DNA of 64,000 bases from Candidatus Brocadiia bacterium (GCA_050015075.1 JBEKCB010000003.1:128001-192000), one strand, 5' to 3'. Shown: positions 27,017 to 37,705, numbered from the stretch's first letter. Notes: generated from the letters alone by a model not told the origin. Numbers and translations are program-made.

Positions 27017-30000
27017 TTGGCTGCCAACGGTTCTCCCCGGACAAGGCGCAGGCGGCGGGTCGTGTTGTACACGCTGCTGGTCCTGTTCCTTGGCTTGGCC
27101 ATAGTCTTCGTTTTTCACCATTATCACGGCCGCGAGAAGCGGGCCTACAACTACGGACAACTGTATCTCGAGCGCGGGAATACGAGCGACGCCCTCGTGC
27201 AGTTCCGCGCGGCGCTGGCGTTGAACCCGAAATTCACGGAGGCGCGGGTAGGCGTCATTGATGCGCTGAAACGGCGAAAGGAATTCGCCGAGGCGTTGGC
27301 GGAAGTGGATCAGTTGGTCAAGTATGGCCTGGCGGAGAGCGAGGCGGCACAGTGGAAGGCTCGGGTGTTCTACGCCCGCGCCTTGAACCGCCTGGAAACC
27401 GCCGACAAGGACCTCACGGTCAAAATCTGCGAGCAGACCATCGCGGAAGACGTGGACCCGGCGATCGCCCTGGTGCAGCAGCAGGCGGAAAAGGCCGACA
27501 AGCCGGCGGCCGCCTATACGCTCCTGGCCGAACTTTACGACCAGAAACTCCTGGTCGAGGGGGCTGAAGAGCGGCTCCTCGCCAAGGCGTACCGGCAGGC
27601 GCATGACCTCGATAAGAAGGATGAGGCGGCGGCGAGGGAACAGGATATCCAAGCCCTGTTCTTGAAGATGCGTTCGGTCAGGAATTTTTCGTACAGTGCG
27701 TATCAGGAAGCGATCAAGAAGGATCCGCAGGCGCCGGATGCGCGAATCGCGCTGGCGCGGCTGGCGCTCACGGCCTATAACCCGCGGCTCGGCGAGGCCA
27801 AGGCGATGCTCGATCCGCTGATGAAGCTGACGCCCCCGCCGCGCGAGGCGCTCCACCTGATGGCCCTGACCGAATGGTATTCCGGCGACGTGGACCACGC
27901 GCTGGAGCACGTGCGGCTGCTGACCAATGTGGCGGCGCCCCGGCGCGAATACCTGGTGACGGAGGCGGAAATCCTCATCGCGGCCGGCCGCTGGCCGGAG
28001 GCCCGCACGGTGGCGGATAAACTCGAGAAGTTCGGCCGCAAGCGCCCGGAGATCCGCTGGGTTATGGGCCGGGTGCTGCTGCATGAGGGGAATGTCGAGG
28101 AAGCGGTGGACCAACTGCAGAACATCTTCACGAGCCCCGGGACGTGGGCGCAGGCGCGCCTGGTCCTGGCGCAGGCGCTGATGCGCGCGACGCCGCCCAA
28201 ACGCGAGCAGGCGATCTCCACATACACCAAGGTCCTCGAGGATTGCAAGAGCACCACGCCCGCGAATGCCCGCGTGGAGAAGGAGCTTCGTGAAACGGCA
28301 TACCAGGCGTGCGTGGCGCTGTCCGGCGCGACGAAGGAGCTCGGCCCGAAAGCCGCCCAAGGCTACGCGGTGCGGGCGTTAAGCATTGCGCCGGAGCGCC
28401 TGGAGGCATTCCAGCTCGCCCGCGACGTGCTCCAGGCGAACGACGCCCCGCCGGAGAAGATCGAGGAACTCGCGCTGATCCACGCCAAGGGACTGGCGCG
28501 CGACCCGGCCCAGAGAAATGCCGCCGACGAGTTCCTGCAGAAGGAATATGACGAGTTCAAGGACACCCCCACCCGAGGCGTGCAAGTCCGCCTGCTGCGC
28601 GCCAGCTTCCTGCAGAATACGGGCTCCTACCTGGAGGCGGCGGCGATTTACGAGCAGCTTCGGAAGGAGTATCCCAACTCGGCGTCTTTCGCCTATGAGT
28701 TGGCGCGGTTGCACACGCGGCTCGGGCATTACAAGGAAGCGCGGGAAATCTACGAGTCGGTGCTGGCCACGTCTCCGGGCGACATCGGCGCGGTCACGGG
28801 CCTGGTCGGCGTCTTTCTCCGCACGAAGGACATGGACGACGCGCATGCCGTTCTGGACCGCGCGAAAGGCGCCTCGAATTCCGCGCAGGTCTGGGCCACG
28901 CTGCTGTATGTTTTCCTGAGCGAGAAGCGCCTGGACGAGGCCGCGTCGCTCGCGAAGTCCTACGTGGAAAAAAATCCGACGAGCGCGCCGGCCCAGTGCA
29001 TGCTGGCGGAAGTCCTTTGGGCGCAGGGCAACCGGAAAGACGCGAAGGCGGCATTCGACGACGCGCTGAAGCTTGCGCCGGACTTCGCGCCGGCATCCCG
29101 GTGCGCCTTGCTGGACCTGGAGGAGAACCAGCCCGCCGACGCAGTGATCCTGCTGCGCGCCGCCTCGGAGAAGTCGAAGACGGACGCCGGGAAAGCCGAG
29201 CTGGCCGTGGCGCTGCAAGCGGAGGGCAAAGTGCAGCAGGCCGCCGACCTGCTGAAAGGCCTCTCCGCAAAGGCTCCGGGCCCGGACCTCCGGCTGGACA
29301 CGCCGCGCTGGTACCTGGCGGTCCTGCTCGCCGGCCAGGGCGACCTCAAGAGCGCCGCGGCGATGAGCGATCTCCTGGCCGCACGGGAATTCCTCGGGTT
29401 GCCGGCGGATCGCCTGGAACTGCTGCAGCGCGTGGCGGCTGCCGCGGAGCCGGCGCGGACCGACCTGGCGGCGAAGCTCAACGAGGTCTTCTGGCTCAGC
29501 ATGAACTCCTGTCCGGGCGTGCTGGAACAGGTGGACCTCGTTCTGAAGCAACTGCCGGACGAACCGCTGGTGGCCTGCTGGCGGGCACGGCTGATGGACA
29601 GAGAGGGGCAACACGAAGAGGCGGCCAAGCAGTGCAACGACATCCTCAGCGCGCACCCCGATTTCGTCATCGCCCGGCTGCTCCTTGCGGAGTGCCAGCA
29701 ACGGAGCGGCAAGATCGAGGAGGCGATCCAGTCCCTCGATGAGGCGCTCAACGAGGCTCCGCCGGAGGTGATCGGCGTGGTTCAACTGCAGCGGGCGAAA
29801 CTTCTTGCGGATTCGGGGCGGCTGGAGGAGGCCATCGCCGGCTACCAGGGCATTACCAGCCCGCCCAGGTTGGCCGCCGCCGCCTGCAACGAACTCGCGT
29901 GGTTGTACGTCACAAAGCGGAACGACGCCGACTCCGCGCTGCCCCTGGCGGAGCAGGCCGCGAAGCTCAGCCCGAACGATCCGGCGATCCAGGATACGCT

Positions 30001-30226
30001 CGGCTGGGTTCTCTACATCAAAGGGGAGAACGACAAGGCATTGGAACTGCTCCAGAAGGCCAGAGCGATGCTTCCGGGGAACCCGACGGTGCGGTATCAC
30101 CTGGGCCTGGCGCTCCTGAAGACCGGCCGGAAGGACGATGCCCGGGTTGAACTGCAGGAGGCGCTCGCCATTTCCAAGGACTTCCCGGAGGCCGCGGATG
30201 CCGCGGCGCAGCTTGCGGGAATTTGA
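27017..30226 (+). CDS. Large membrane-anchored TPR protein (PrsT-like by architecture)
   Basis: Basic N-terminus and one TM helix, many TPRs, C-terminal NELAW..DTLGW..YHLG pattern; AGGAGG before TTG start. Confidence 0.85.
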   Translation: MAANGSPRTRRRRRVVLYTLLVLFLGLAIVFVFHHYHGREKRAYNYGQLYLERGNTSDALVQFRAALALNPKFTEARVGVIDALKRRKEFAEALAEVDQLVKYGLAESEAAQWKARVFYARALNRLETADKDLTVKICEQTIAEDVDPAIALVQQQAEKADKPAAAYTLLAELYDQKLLVEGAEERLLAKAYRQAHDLDKKDEAAAREQDIQALFLKMRSVRNFSYSAYQEAIKKDPQAPDARIALARLALTAYNPRLGEAKAMLDPLMKLTPPPREALHLMALTEWYSGDVDHALEHVRLLTNVAAPRREYLVTEAEILIAAGRWPEARTVADKLEKFGRKRPEIRWVMGRVLLHEGNVEEAVDQLQNIFTSPGTWAQARLVLAQALMRATPPKREQAISTYTKVLEDCKSTTPANARVEKELRETAYQACVALSGATKELGPKAAQGYAVRALSIAPERLEAFQLARDVLQANDAPPEKIEELALIHAKGLARDPAQRNAADEFLQKEYDEFKDTPTRGVQVRLLRASFLQNTGSYLEAAAIYEQLRKEYPNSASFAYELARLHTRLGHYKEAREIYESVLATSPGDIGAVTGLVGVFLRTKDMDDAHAVLDRAKGASNSAQVWATLLYVFLSEKRLDEAASLAKSYVEKNPTSAPAQCMLAEVLWAQGNRKDAKAAFDDALKLAPDFAPASRCALLDLEENQPADAVILLRAASEKSKTDAGKAELAVALQAEGKVQQAADLLKGLSAKAPGPDLRLDTPRWYLAVLLAGQGDLKSAAAMSDLLAAREFLGLPADRLELLQRVAAAAEPARTDLAAKLNEVFWLSMNSCPGVLEQVDLVLKQLPDEPLVACWRARLMDREGQHEEAAKQCNDILSAHPDFVIARLLLAECQQRSGKIEEAIQSLDEALNEAPPEVIGVVQLQRAKLLADSGRLEEAIAGYQGITSPPRLAAAACNELAWLYVTKRNDADSALPLAEQAAKLSPNDPAIQDTLGWVLYIKGENDKALELLQKARAMLPGNPTVRYHLGLALLKTGRKDDARVELQEALAISKDFPEAADAAAQLAGI

Positions 30227-30277
30227 ATCCCGCCGCGAATCGAAACGCGCGCTTTCGCAAATACACGGAGGGCTTCC

Positions 30278-31957
30278 GTGTCGAAGGTTCTCCTCGTGAG
30301 TTTTGCGGGCTATCCTTACACGCCCAGCAGCCTCATGCCCGACAACGGGCTGGCCAGCCTGGCCGGTTCGCTCCTCGAAGCGGGACATGAGGTGCGCATC
30401 CTCGACTACGGCGCCGTGTCCACCGTGCGCCGCCTCTTTCCCGAGGCGCTGTCGCGGCGCGTTCAGCCGCTCGCCGAGAAACTCTTCGTCGAGCATCTGC
30501 GCCTCTCCTGGCTCCAGAAAATCCGATTCCTGCGGGCGGGCGCGCAACTGGAGCGTTACCAGGAGAAGGAAATCCTGGCGATTGCGGCCGAGGCGGCGGA
30601 CGAAGCGGTGCGCTTCGGGGCGGATTACGTCGGGCTCAAACTCTGGAACGGCGACGGCTTCTCCGGCTCGGTCCGGATCGCCGAAGCCGTCCGGGCGCGG
30701 CTGCCGCGGGCGCGTCTCATCGGCGGCGGCCCGCATGCGGACTATTTCGGCGGGCACATCCTCCAGCACACCGATGTGTTCGACCAATTGATCCAGGGCG
30801 AGGGCGAGCAGGTCCTCCCGCAATTGATCGCCGCGCTGGAGAGCAAGGGAGACTGGCGCAAGGTCCCGGGCGTGGTCTGGAAGCACGCGAACAGGATTTC
30901 CTGCAACCCCACCTGCGTGGTCGAGGCGCTCGACCAGTTGCCGCTGCCGGTCTATGACCGGGCCGTTTATCCGGCGCTGGAGGGCGACGGGAAGCTGAAG
31001 ATCGGCGTCCTGGACGAAAGCCGCGGCTGCCCGAACCGGTGCGCGTTCTGCATCCACCCGATCAAGAGCGGCGGCAAGTGGCACATGAAATCGCCGCAGC
31101 GCGTGGTGGCCGAGGTGCGGCGCTTGATGGACCAGTTGGGCTCGCGCTGCTTCATCTACTCCGGCAGCAACACCTCCGCGCGCGTGGCGATTGACATCGC
31201 CCAGGAGCTGCTCAAGGAGCGATTGGACGTGCGGTACGGCTGCTTCGGGCACGTCCGGAGCATCGGCCAGGCGGACTTCGCGCTGCTGCGGCGGAGCGGA
31301 TGCGAGGCGATCTTCTACGGGCTCGAATCGGGCAGCGAGCGCATCCTGCGCGAGGCCTTCAACAAGCCGCTCGACCTGGCCGAGGCGGAGCGCGTGATCC
31401 GCCAGACGAAAGAGGCGGGCATCTGCGCCATCGCCAGCGTCATCTACCCGGCGCCGTTCGAGGACGCGGAGAGCCGCCGCGCCACGCTGGATTTCCTGCG
31501 GCGCGTCCGGCCCGACAGCGTCCCCGTCACCATTCCCGGTATGATCCCCGGCACGCCGTGGGAAAAAGACCCGGAGAAGTACGGCTTCAAGATGAGCGAA
31601 CGTGCCGATGTCTGGGAATACGGGCTGACCTACAAGATCAAGCTGCTCTTCCCGCCGAGCATGTGGAAGCCGCTGCCCTACACCCTGAACGGGAAGTCCT
31701 CCAAGCAGCTCTTCGCCGAGTGCGAGAGCTTCATCCACGACATCGAGGCGGAGGGCCTGGTCACCGACCTGTCGCACGAAAGCGTGCTGATGGCGGACGC
31801 CCTCGGCCAGCGGAACGACCTGCCGGGTTTCCGCGACCGCTGCCGCGCGATGTTCCTGAGCGGCGACGTCGAGCGGATCAGCGACATGGTGAGCGCGATC
31901 AATCGCGGCGTGACCGGCCGCCGGCCGCCGGCCGAGCGCGAAAGGCAAGGCGCATGA
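30278..31957 (+). CDS. B12-binding domain radical SAM enzyme
   Basis: GGPH, GEGE, SRGCPNRCAFC, GLESGS. Confidence 0.9.
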   Translation: MSKVLLVSFAGYPYTPSSLMPDNGLASLAGSLLEAGHEVRILDYGAVSTVRRLFPEALSRRVQPLAEKLFVEHLRLSWLQKIRFLRAGAQLERYQEKEILAIAAEAADEAVRFGADYVGLKLWNGDGFSGSVRIAEAVRARLPRARLIGGGPHADYFGGHILQHTDVFDQLIQGEGEQVLPQLIAALESKGDWRKVPGVVWKHANRISCNPTCVVEALDQLPLPVYDRAVYPALEGDGKLKIGVLDESRGCPNRCAFCIHPIKSGGKWHMKSPQRVVAEVRRLMDQLGSRCFIYSGSNTSARVAIDIAQELLKERLDVRYGCFGHVRSIGQADFALLRRSGCEAIFYGLESGSERILREAFNKPLDLAEAERVIRQTKEAGICAIASVIYPAPFEDAESRRATLDFLRRVRPDSVPVTIPGMIPGTPWEKDPEKYGFKMSERADVWEYGLTYKIKLLFPPSMWKPLPYTLNGKSSKQLFAECESFIHDIEAEGLVTDLSHESVLMADALGQRNDLPGFRDRCRAMFLSGDVERISDMVSAINRGVTGRRPPAERERQGA

Positions 31958-33240
31958 TCGAGGCTGTCCTCTGGGCGCTCGTCGGCTTGTTCCTGCTGCT
32001 GCAGCTTCCGTTCCTGGTGGGCGTGCTCGGGTTCCGGCGTTACGTGAGGCGCGCCCTGGACGAAGAGAGCGATTTCCTGAAGCGCGAAGCCGGCTCGGCG
32101 GTCGCCGCGGGCGCGGCCGCCGGAACGAGCCGGCTCCGGCAGCACACGCCGAAAATCTCCGTCATCCTTCCGTGCAAGGGGATTGATCCGGGCTTCGAGG
32201 AAAATGTGCGTTCGATCCTCGAGCAGCGATACCCGGATTTCGAGATCATCTTCGCCACGGCCACCGCCGACGATCCCGCCCGCAAGAGCCTGGAGGCGCT
32301 GCTGAAACGGCAGCCTTCGCGGAAGGTCCGGCTGGTCGTCGCCGGAATCCAGCCGGGAAGAAGCCAGAAATTGAACAACCAGTTGGCCGCGCTGGAGGCC
32401 GTGCGCCCCGAGAGCGAGGTGCTGGTCTTCTTGGATTCCGACATCCGCGCGCGGCCGACGTTCCTGCTGAGCCTGATCGAGCCGTTCGGGCGCGCGGAGA
32501 CGGGCGCGACGACGGGCTTCCGGTGGTACATTCCCGAGAAGGGCGGGTTCGCCTCTTATCTGCGCGCGGCCTGGAACGGCGGCGGGACGCCGATCCTGGC
32601 GCAGCGCGGCCTGGCTTACGCCTGGGGCGGCGCGATGGCGATGCGGAAGAGCGATTTCGCGCGGGCCGGCATCCGCGAAAAATGGGCCACGGCGCTGACG
32701 GATGATTTTCCCCTGACCGATGCCGTGCGCAACGTGTTGAAGAGCGCCGTCGTCTTCGTGCCGCGCTGCCTGGTGCCCTCGCACGAGGATGCTTCGCTCC
32801 GGCAGACGCTCGAGTGGACGAACCGGCAGACGATCATCTGCCGGGTGTACAATCCGAAGCTCTGGTGGGTCCTGTTCGTGTCGCACGGCGTGCAGTCCTT
32901 GGCGCTCTTGGCCGGAGCGGCGCTGGTGGCGGCTCGGTTCCTGGGCGCTGCTGGGTTTTCTCTGACGCCTGTATTGTTTTTGTTCGCCGCCATTCCCGTC
33001 CAGATCGGTTTCGGGATGCTCCTGTGGCAGGCCGTGCGAGCGCATCTGCTTCCGGAGATCGGCGGCTGGGGCGAGGCGCTCAAGCATGCGCTGCTCGTGC
33101 CGGCGGCGATTGTCCTGATCTTCTATAACAGTGTGCATTCGCTCTGCACGAGCGTCATCTGCTGGCGAGGCGTGAAGTACCGGCTGCTTTCGGCCACGCG
33201 CACCGAAGTGCTCCCGGAGAGAACGACGCCACAGGGTTGA
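31954..33240 (+). CDS. GT2/GT21 glycosyltransferase (ceramide glucosyltransferase/HpnI-like)
   Basis: N-terminal TM, ILPCKGID, QKLNN, FLDSD, WGGAMA, TDD, RQ, C-terminal WRG..Y. Confidence 0.85.
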   Translation: MIEAVLWALVGLFLLLQLPFLVGVLGFRRYVRRALDEESDFLKREAGSAVAAGAAAGTSRLRQHTPKISVILPCKGIDPGFEENVRSILEQRYPDFEIIFATATADDPARKSLEALLKRQPSRKVRLVVAGIQPGRSQKLNNQLAALEAVRPESEVLVFLDSDIRARPTFLLSLIEPFGRAETGATTGFRWYIPEKGGFASYLRAAWNGGGTPILAQRGLAYAWGGAMAMRKSDFARAGIREKWATALTDDFPLTDAVRNVLKSAVVFVPRCLVPSHEDASLRQTLEWTNRQTIICRVYNPKLWWVLFVSHGVQSLALLAGAALVAARFLGAAGFSLTPVLFLFAAIPVQIGFGMLLWQAVRAHLLPEIGGWGEALKHALLVPAAIVLIFYNSVHSLCTSVICWRGVKYRLLSATRTEVLPERTTPQG

Positions 33241-34406
33241 GGCCGATGAACATCCCGCTCTCGATATTTCTGAAGATCGCGTTCCGCACGCCGGACCTGT
33301 TCCTGTCCGTCGCGCGCGAGACGATCCGCTCGCATACGGCGCGCCTGCTGGACTACCGCTTCGGCAGGGGCTACGCCTTTCCGCCGCGGTACATTGACCT
33401 GAAGATGACGAACCTCTGCAACCTGCGCTGCAGCATGTGCGGCCAATGGGGCGACCAGGGGAATTTCCGCAACGCGCCGAAGGAGGTCCTGCAGCAGCAA
33501 CTGGAGCTGCCCGTCCTCAAACGGCTGGTGAAAGAGGTCGCCGGCTTCCGCCCGTCGTTCTATCTCTGGGGCGGCGAACCGTTCCTCTACCGCGACCTGA
33601 TTCCGTTCATCAGCACCATCAAGGCGAACAAAATGGTCTGCGCGATGAACACGAACGGGACCTTCCTGACCGAGACGGCCGATGACCTCGTCCGCCTGGG
33701 CGTGGACAATCTGCTGATTTCCGTGGACGGCCCGCGCGAGGTCCACGATCGCGTCCGCGGCATGGCCGGGACTTTCGATCGGGTGATGACCGGAGTGGAT
33801 CGCATCCTTTCGCTCCGGCGCGAACGGCGGGCCGCGAAGCCCTACGTGACCTTCGTCATAACGGTCAATCGGGAGAACGCGTCCGAGTTCCACCATGTCT
33901 ACGACCTGGCGGCGAAGCTCGGGGTGGATTTCGTCGGTCTCCAGTTCGGCACCTCCACGAGCGAGGCCACCGGCGGGGCATACGAGAAGAGGATGAAGCG
34001 GTGCCTGGGGTGCCTCGCGACAAGCTGGCGGGGGTTTCTCTCCTACAAGGTGGACTTCGACGTGGCGGCCGTCCAGGAAGGGCTCAAGCGGATCCGCAGC
34101 ACGCGACATCCGTTCGGCACGTATTTCATCCCGGATCTGTATCCCGAGGACCTGCCGGATTACTACGGCTCGAAGCACTTGGTGAAAGGACACCGCACCT
34201 GCATCGTGCCGTGGATCCGCGCGGACCTGCTGCCGAACGGCGACGTGTACCCGTGCATTGATTTCCCGGATTATATCGTCGGCAATATCCATGAGACTCC
34301 GTTGATGACCCTCTGGAACGGCCCGCAATATGTGCGGTTCCGCCGGGAATTGCAGAAAGGGCTTTTCGCGATCTGCAGCCGGTGCTCTTCGCTTTACGAG
34401 TTTTGA
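33237..34406 (+). CDS. Radical SAM/SPASM domain protein
   Basis: CNLRCSMC, GGEP, C..PW...NGDVYPC, CSRC. Confidence 0.9.
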   Translation: MRPMNIPLSIFLKIAFRTPDLFLSVARETIRSHTARLLDYRFGRGYAFPPRYIDLKMTNLCNLRCSMCGQWGDQGNFRNAPKEVLQQQLELPVLKRLVKEVAGFRPSFYLWGGEPFLYRDLIPFISTIKANKMVCAMNTNGTFLTETADDLVRLGVDNLLISVDGPREVHDRVRGMAGTFDRVMTGVDRILSLRRERRAAKPYVTFVITVNRENASEFHHVYDLAAKLGVDFVGLQFGTSTSEATGGAYEKRMKRCLGCLATSWRGFLSYKVDFDVAAVQEGLKRIRSTRHPFGTYFIPDLYPEDLPDYYGSKHLVKGHRTCIVPWIRADLLPNGDVYPCIDFPDYIVGNIHETPLMTLWNGPQYVRFRRELQKGLFAICSRCSSLYEF

Positions 34407-34414
34407 CCGGGGGA

Positions 34415-35146
34415 ATGGAAGTGGCGAGGAAAGGTCTCAGCCGGATGTCGCTCATGACCGCCGACGTGATTCGGCTGGCGGTTGACGTTCTGCTCCACGC
34501 AGGAGCGATTCTCCTTGCGGGGTTCGTCTTCGTTCAAGTGTGGCGGCAGGGCGCCGTTCTGTGGCGCGTGCTGGCGTTTCCGGCGGCGTACCTGGGCCTG
34601 GTCGCCGGGTTCTGGGCGAGCGTCCTGGTCCTGCGGGCGATCCTCCTCCGCAGGATCACGCCCGGCACGTACCGGCTGAGCGAGCCGGCGGCGGTGCGAT
34701 GGATCGTCGCGGATTCTTTCATGCGCATGGTGCAGCGGAGTTTTCTCCACGGCTATATTGACGACTTCGCGCCGATGCGATATCTCTTCTATCGCTCGCT
34801 GGGCGCGCGGATAGACCGGACGTTTTTCTTCGGCTGGGACGCGAAGATCACCGATCCCTGGGCCCTTGCGGTCGGCCGGGACGTGATCATCGGCAGCTTC
34901 GCGGTGATCCTGGGGCATTCCGTCGAAGGGGACCAGGTGATTCTGGACCGCGTGGAAATAGGCGATGGAGCGACGGTGGGCATCCGGTCCGTGATCATGC
35001 CCGGCGTAAAAATCGGCGCGCGCGCGATGGTGGGCGCCTGTTCGTTGGTCCTGAAAGGAACGACGATACCCGCCGGCGAGATTTGGGCCGGCGTGCCGGC
35101 GCGGAAGATCGGCGGCGGCGCGGCGGCTTCCCCGAAGCAAGTTTGA
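34415..35146 (+). CDS. Membrane-anchored hexapeptide-repeat acyltransferase (start uncertain)
   Basis: Two TM segments, then LGARI..IGDGATVG..IMPGVKIG..WAGVPARKI. Confidence 0.8.
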   Translation: MEVARKGLSRMSLMTADVIRLAVDVLLHAGAILLAGFVFVQVWRQGAVLWRVLAFPAAYLGLVAGFWASVLVLRAILLRRITPGTYRLSEPAAVRWIVADSFMRMVQRSFLHGYIDDFAPMRYLFYRSLGARIDRTFFFGWDAKITDPWALAVGRDVIIGSFAVILGHSVEGDQVILDRVEIGDGATVGIRSVIMPGVKIGARAMVGACSLVLKGTTIPAGEIWAGVPARKIGGGAAASPKQV

Positions 35147-35166
35147 TTTCATCGTTGGAGAATGAT

Positions 35167-36351
35167 GTGGCGCCCGCAAAGACTGTGGCGGTGGTTCGTT
35201 GCAGCCGGTATGAGCGGAAACTTCTCCGCGATGCCGTCGAGGGAGTCTTCACCCTGATCCCGGAAGCGGCGGCTCATCTCAGCCGAGGCGCCAAGGTGCT
35301 GCTCAAGCCGAACCTGTTAAGCTCCACGGACCCGCCCGAGCGGGCGGTGAACACCCATCCCGAATTCGTCCGCGCGGTGGTCGAGTTCTGCCGCGACCGC
35401 GGCTGCGCCGTCTGGATCGGCGACTCCTGCGGAAGCCTGGCGCCCGGTTCCACGGGAAGCGCGATGGAGGTCACGGGCCTGAACCGCGTGGCCCTGGAGA
35501 CCGGCGCCCAGTTGGTCAACTTCGACACCGCCCCGAGCGTGGAAGTCCCGATCCCCAACGGCCGTGTCCTTCAGCGCGTGCGGATTTCCAAGCCGGCGCT
35601 CGAGGCGGAAGTGCTGGTCAGCCTGCCCAAGATGAAGACGCACGGGCTCACGCTGCTCACCGGCGCCGTCAAGAACCAGTTGGGCGTCGTGCCCGGCCGC
35701 GGGAAGAAGGACATCCATTGCGCGGCGCCGAAACCCGCCGAGATGTCGCAGGCGCTCGTGGATATCTACTCCGTCCTGCGGCCGCACATCGCCCTGATGG
35801 ATGGCGTGATCGCGATGGAGGGCAACGGCCCTGCCGCCGGCGAGCCGCGAGGCGTGGGCCTGGTCCTCGGCTCGGACGACTGCGTGGCGTTGGACGCGGT
35901 CGTCGCCCGGATCATGGGCTATTCGGATGGCGCGGTGATGACGACGCGCTTCGCGCACGAGCAGGGGCTTGGGACCGGAGACCTGGGCTCGATCCGGACC
36001 GCAGGGCTGACGCTGGCGGAGGCAGCCGTTCCGCACTTCAAGAAACTTCCGCATCGGCTCCAGGGCGTGATTTTCAAGTTCATTCCCGGCTTTCTCGCGA
36101 GCTGGATTTTCGACCAGTTGGGCTCCGCGCAGCCGGTGATCCTGGAGGACGCCTGCGTGCTTTGCGGCGAGTGCGTCCTCAACTGCCCGGTCCAGGCCCT
36201 TCGCCGGGAAGGCCGGCGGATCGTCACCAATCCGGCGGAGTGCATCACCTGCTATTGCTGCTCCGAGGTCTGCCGGCAGCGCGCGATCGAGATGCGCCGG
36301 CCGCTCATGGGGCGCGTGCTTCGCGTGTTCGCGGGAAAGCGTGCGAAGTAG
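35167..36351 (+). CDS. DUF362 protein with C-terminal 2x[4Fe-4S]
   Basis: VLLKPN, THP, PKMKTH..TGAVKN, EGNGP, CVLCGECVLNCP, CITCYCCSEVC. Confidence 0.9.
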   Translation: MAPAKTVAVVRCSRYERKLLRDAVEGVFTLIPEAAAHLSRGAKVLLKPNLLSSTDPPERAVNTHPEFVRAVVEFCRDRGCAVWIGDSCGSLAPGSTGSAMEVTGLNRVALETGAQLVNFDTAPSVEVPIPNGRVLQRVRISKPALEAEVLVSLPKMKTHGLTLLTGAVKNQLGVVPGRGKKDIHCAAPKPAEMSQALVDIYSVLRPHIALMDGVIAMEGNGPAAGEPRGVGLVLGSDDCVALDAVVARIMGYSDGAVMTTRFAHEQGLGTGDLGSIRTAGLTLAEAAVPHFKKLPHRLQGVIFKFIPGFLASWIFDQLGSAQPVILEDACVLCGECVLNCPVQALRREGRRIVTNPAECITCYCCSEVCRQRAIEMRRPLMGRVLRVFAGKRAK

Positions 36352-36398
36352 CGCCCGGCGCGCCGTGAGGCGCATGGTCGTTGCGCGATGCGCGGATT

Positions 36399-36438
36399 AA
36401 AAAACGTGGGCCGCGTGATGCAATGCATCACGCGGCCC
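36399..36438 (-). terminator. Intrinsic terminator downstream of the PEP-CTERM gene
   Basis: 15-bp inverted repeat gggccgcgtgatgca/tgcatcacgcggccc followed closely by T6 on the minus strand. Confidence 0.75.
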
Positions 36439-36493
36439 GTTCTTCCCCGGCGTCACATCATCAGGACGCTGGGCACGTCCAAGTCACCGTAAA

Positions 36494-37624
36494 TTACTTC
36501 TGCCGTCTCCGAAGGAACAGGCTGCTAAGTCCGAGGCCCAGCAACGTGAGAGTCGCCGGCTCGGGGACCGTAGACGCATACAGCGAAGACGAGTCCTGCG
36601 TGCTGCCAATGACTTCGTCGCCCGCCGCAGTGGTGAAAGTCTGACCGTCCACGGTGACGGTGCCGCCGGTCACTGTGCCCGCAATCGTGGGGACAGTGTA
36701 GGAGAAGGCGTCGTCACTTGCGATCTGCCAGCTACCCGCGTCCGCCGAAGTGCCCTCGTAATTCGAACTCTCCGGGAAGTAAAGGGTGGGCTGGAAATCG
36801 ATGAGATTGCCGACACCGCCGAAAGCGGCGACTGCACTTGCATTCCCGCCTTCGACTGCCAGGAAAATGCCGTTCTCCAGGTTGGGAGCCGTTCCGATAT
36901 TCCCAATGCCTGCGTCCGGCCCAGTCAGGGCAAGCGTTTCCACCGCGCAGTATGCGTTCCCGTTGATCGTGCCTTCATTCTCGAACACGCCATCAAGGAA
37001 CACGCTGCTGCTGGCGTTGGAACCGGCGCCCGGATAAGTGTCGAACGTTACGCCCGAAGTGCCCGGAACCCACTGTTGCGGCGCAAGGCCCGTGCCACCC
37101 GGATTGAACAACGCGTTCTTGCTTCCCGCCGTGGTGGAGCCGTTGTCAATGTTGTCATAGACGACCCACGCGCCGGACGTGCCAGCGGGCTGGCCGGACG
37201 GGATCGGGTTCCTGGTGCTGTTTCCAAGGTAGACGTAGAGGGTCGTGACGCCGGCCACTGTGGTGGTAGTCGCCCCAACCACTTTGAGGTCGTACGCAAG
37301 GCCGGTCAACGATCCATAGTTGGCTCCGCTGACTGAATTGAAAGCCAGCGAACTGCCACTCGTCTGGTCCACGAGTCCTTCCACGTTGAACAGGGTGCGG
37401 TCCTCATCCCCGCCTTGCGGCGCGTTGTTGAGGATCGGTCCCCAGCCTGCGGGCGCGGGCTCGCCGGTCGGGTAAGTCCCGGCAGGGAATCCCGGGATGC
37501 CCTGTCCGCCGGAGGCGACGTTGAAGTCTTCCGGCGACCGCGGGTACAGCGAATCTGCGTTCGCCGATGCCGCAAGGAAGGCCAGAATACCCAACACACT
37601 AACGACAACCAATGCTTTTCTCAT
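36494..37624 (-). CDS. PEP-CTERM sorting domain surface protein
   Basis: Signal peptide (ASANA), Gly/Ser/Thr-rich body, C-terminal VPEPATLTLLGLGLSSLFLRRRQK. Confidence 0.93.
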   Translation of the reverse strand: MRKALVVVSVLGILAFLAASANADSLYPRSPEDFNVASGGQGIPGFPAGTYPTGEPAPAGWGPILNNAPQGGDEDRTLFNVEGLVDQTSGSSLAFNSVSGANYGSLTGLAYDLKVVGATTTTVAGVTTLYVYLGNSTRNPIPSGQPAGTSGAWVVYDNIDNGSTTAGSKNALFNPGGTGLAPQQWVPGTSGVTFDTYPGAGSNASSSVFLDGVFENEGTINGNAYCAVETLALTGPDAGIGNIGTAPNLENGIFLAVEGGNASAVAAFGGVGNLIDFQPTLYFPESSNYEGTSADAGSWQIASDDAFSYTVPTIAGTVTGGTVTVDGQTFTTAAGDEVIGSTQDSSSLYASTVPEPATLTLLGLGLSSLFLRRRQK

Positions 37625-37705
37625 CCTACCTGCACCTCCTCTATGATAAAGAAACCGATGAAGCCACACGTCACAATCGTCGCGCACGTCCGAGTTTTTG
37701 TTCGT

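Noticed and set aside
28379-31948. 1189-aa minus-strand ORF and other long antisense or alternate-frame ORFs (e.g. 41343-44165, 16570-18459, 47802-49658)
   Set aside because: They shadow well-supported genes, lack motifs and are expected in high-GC DNA.
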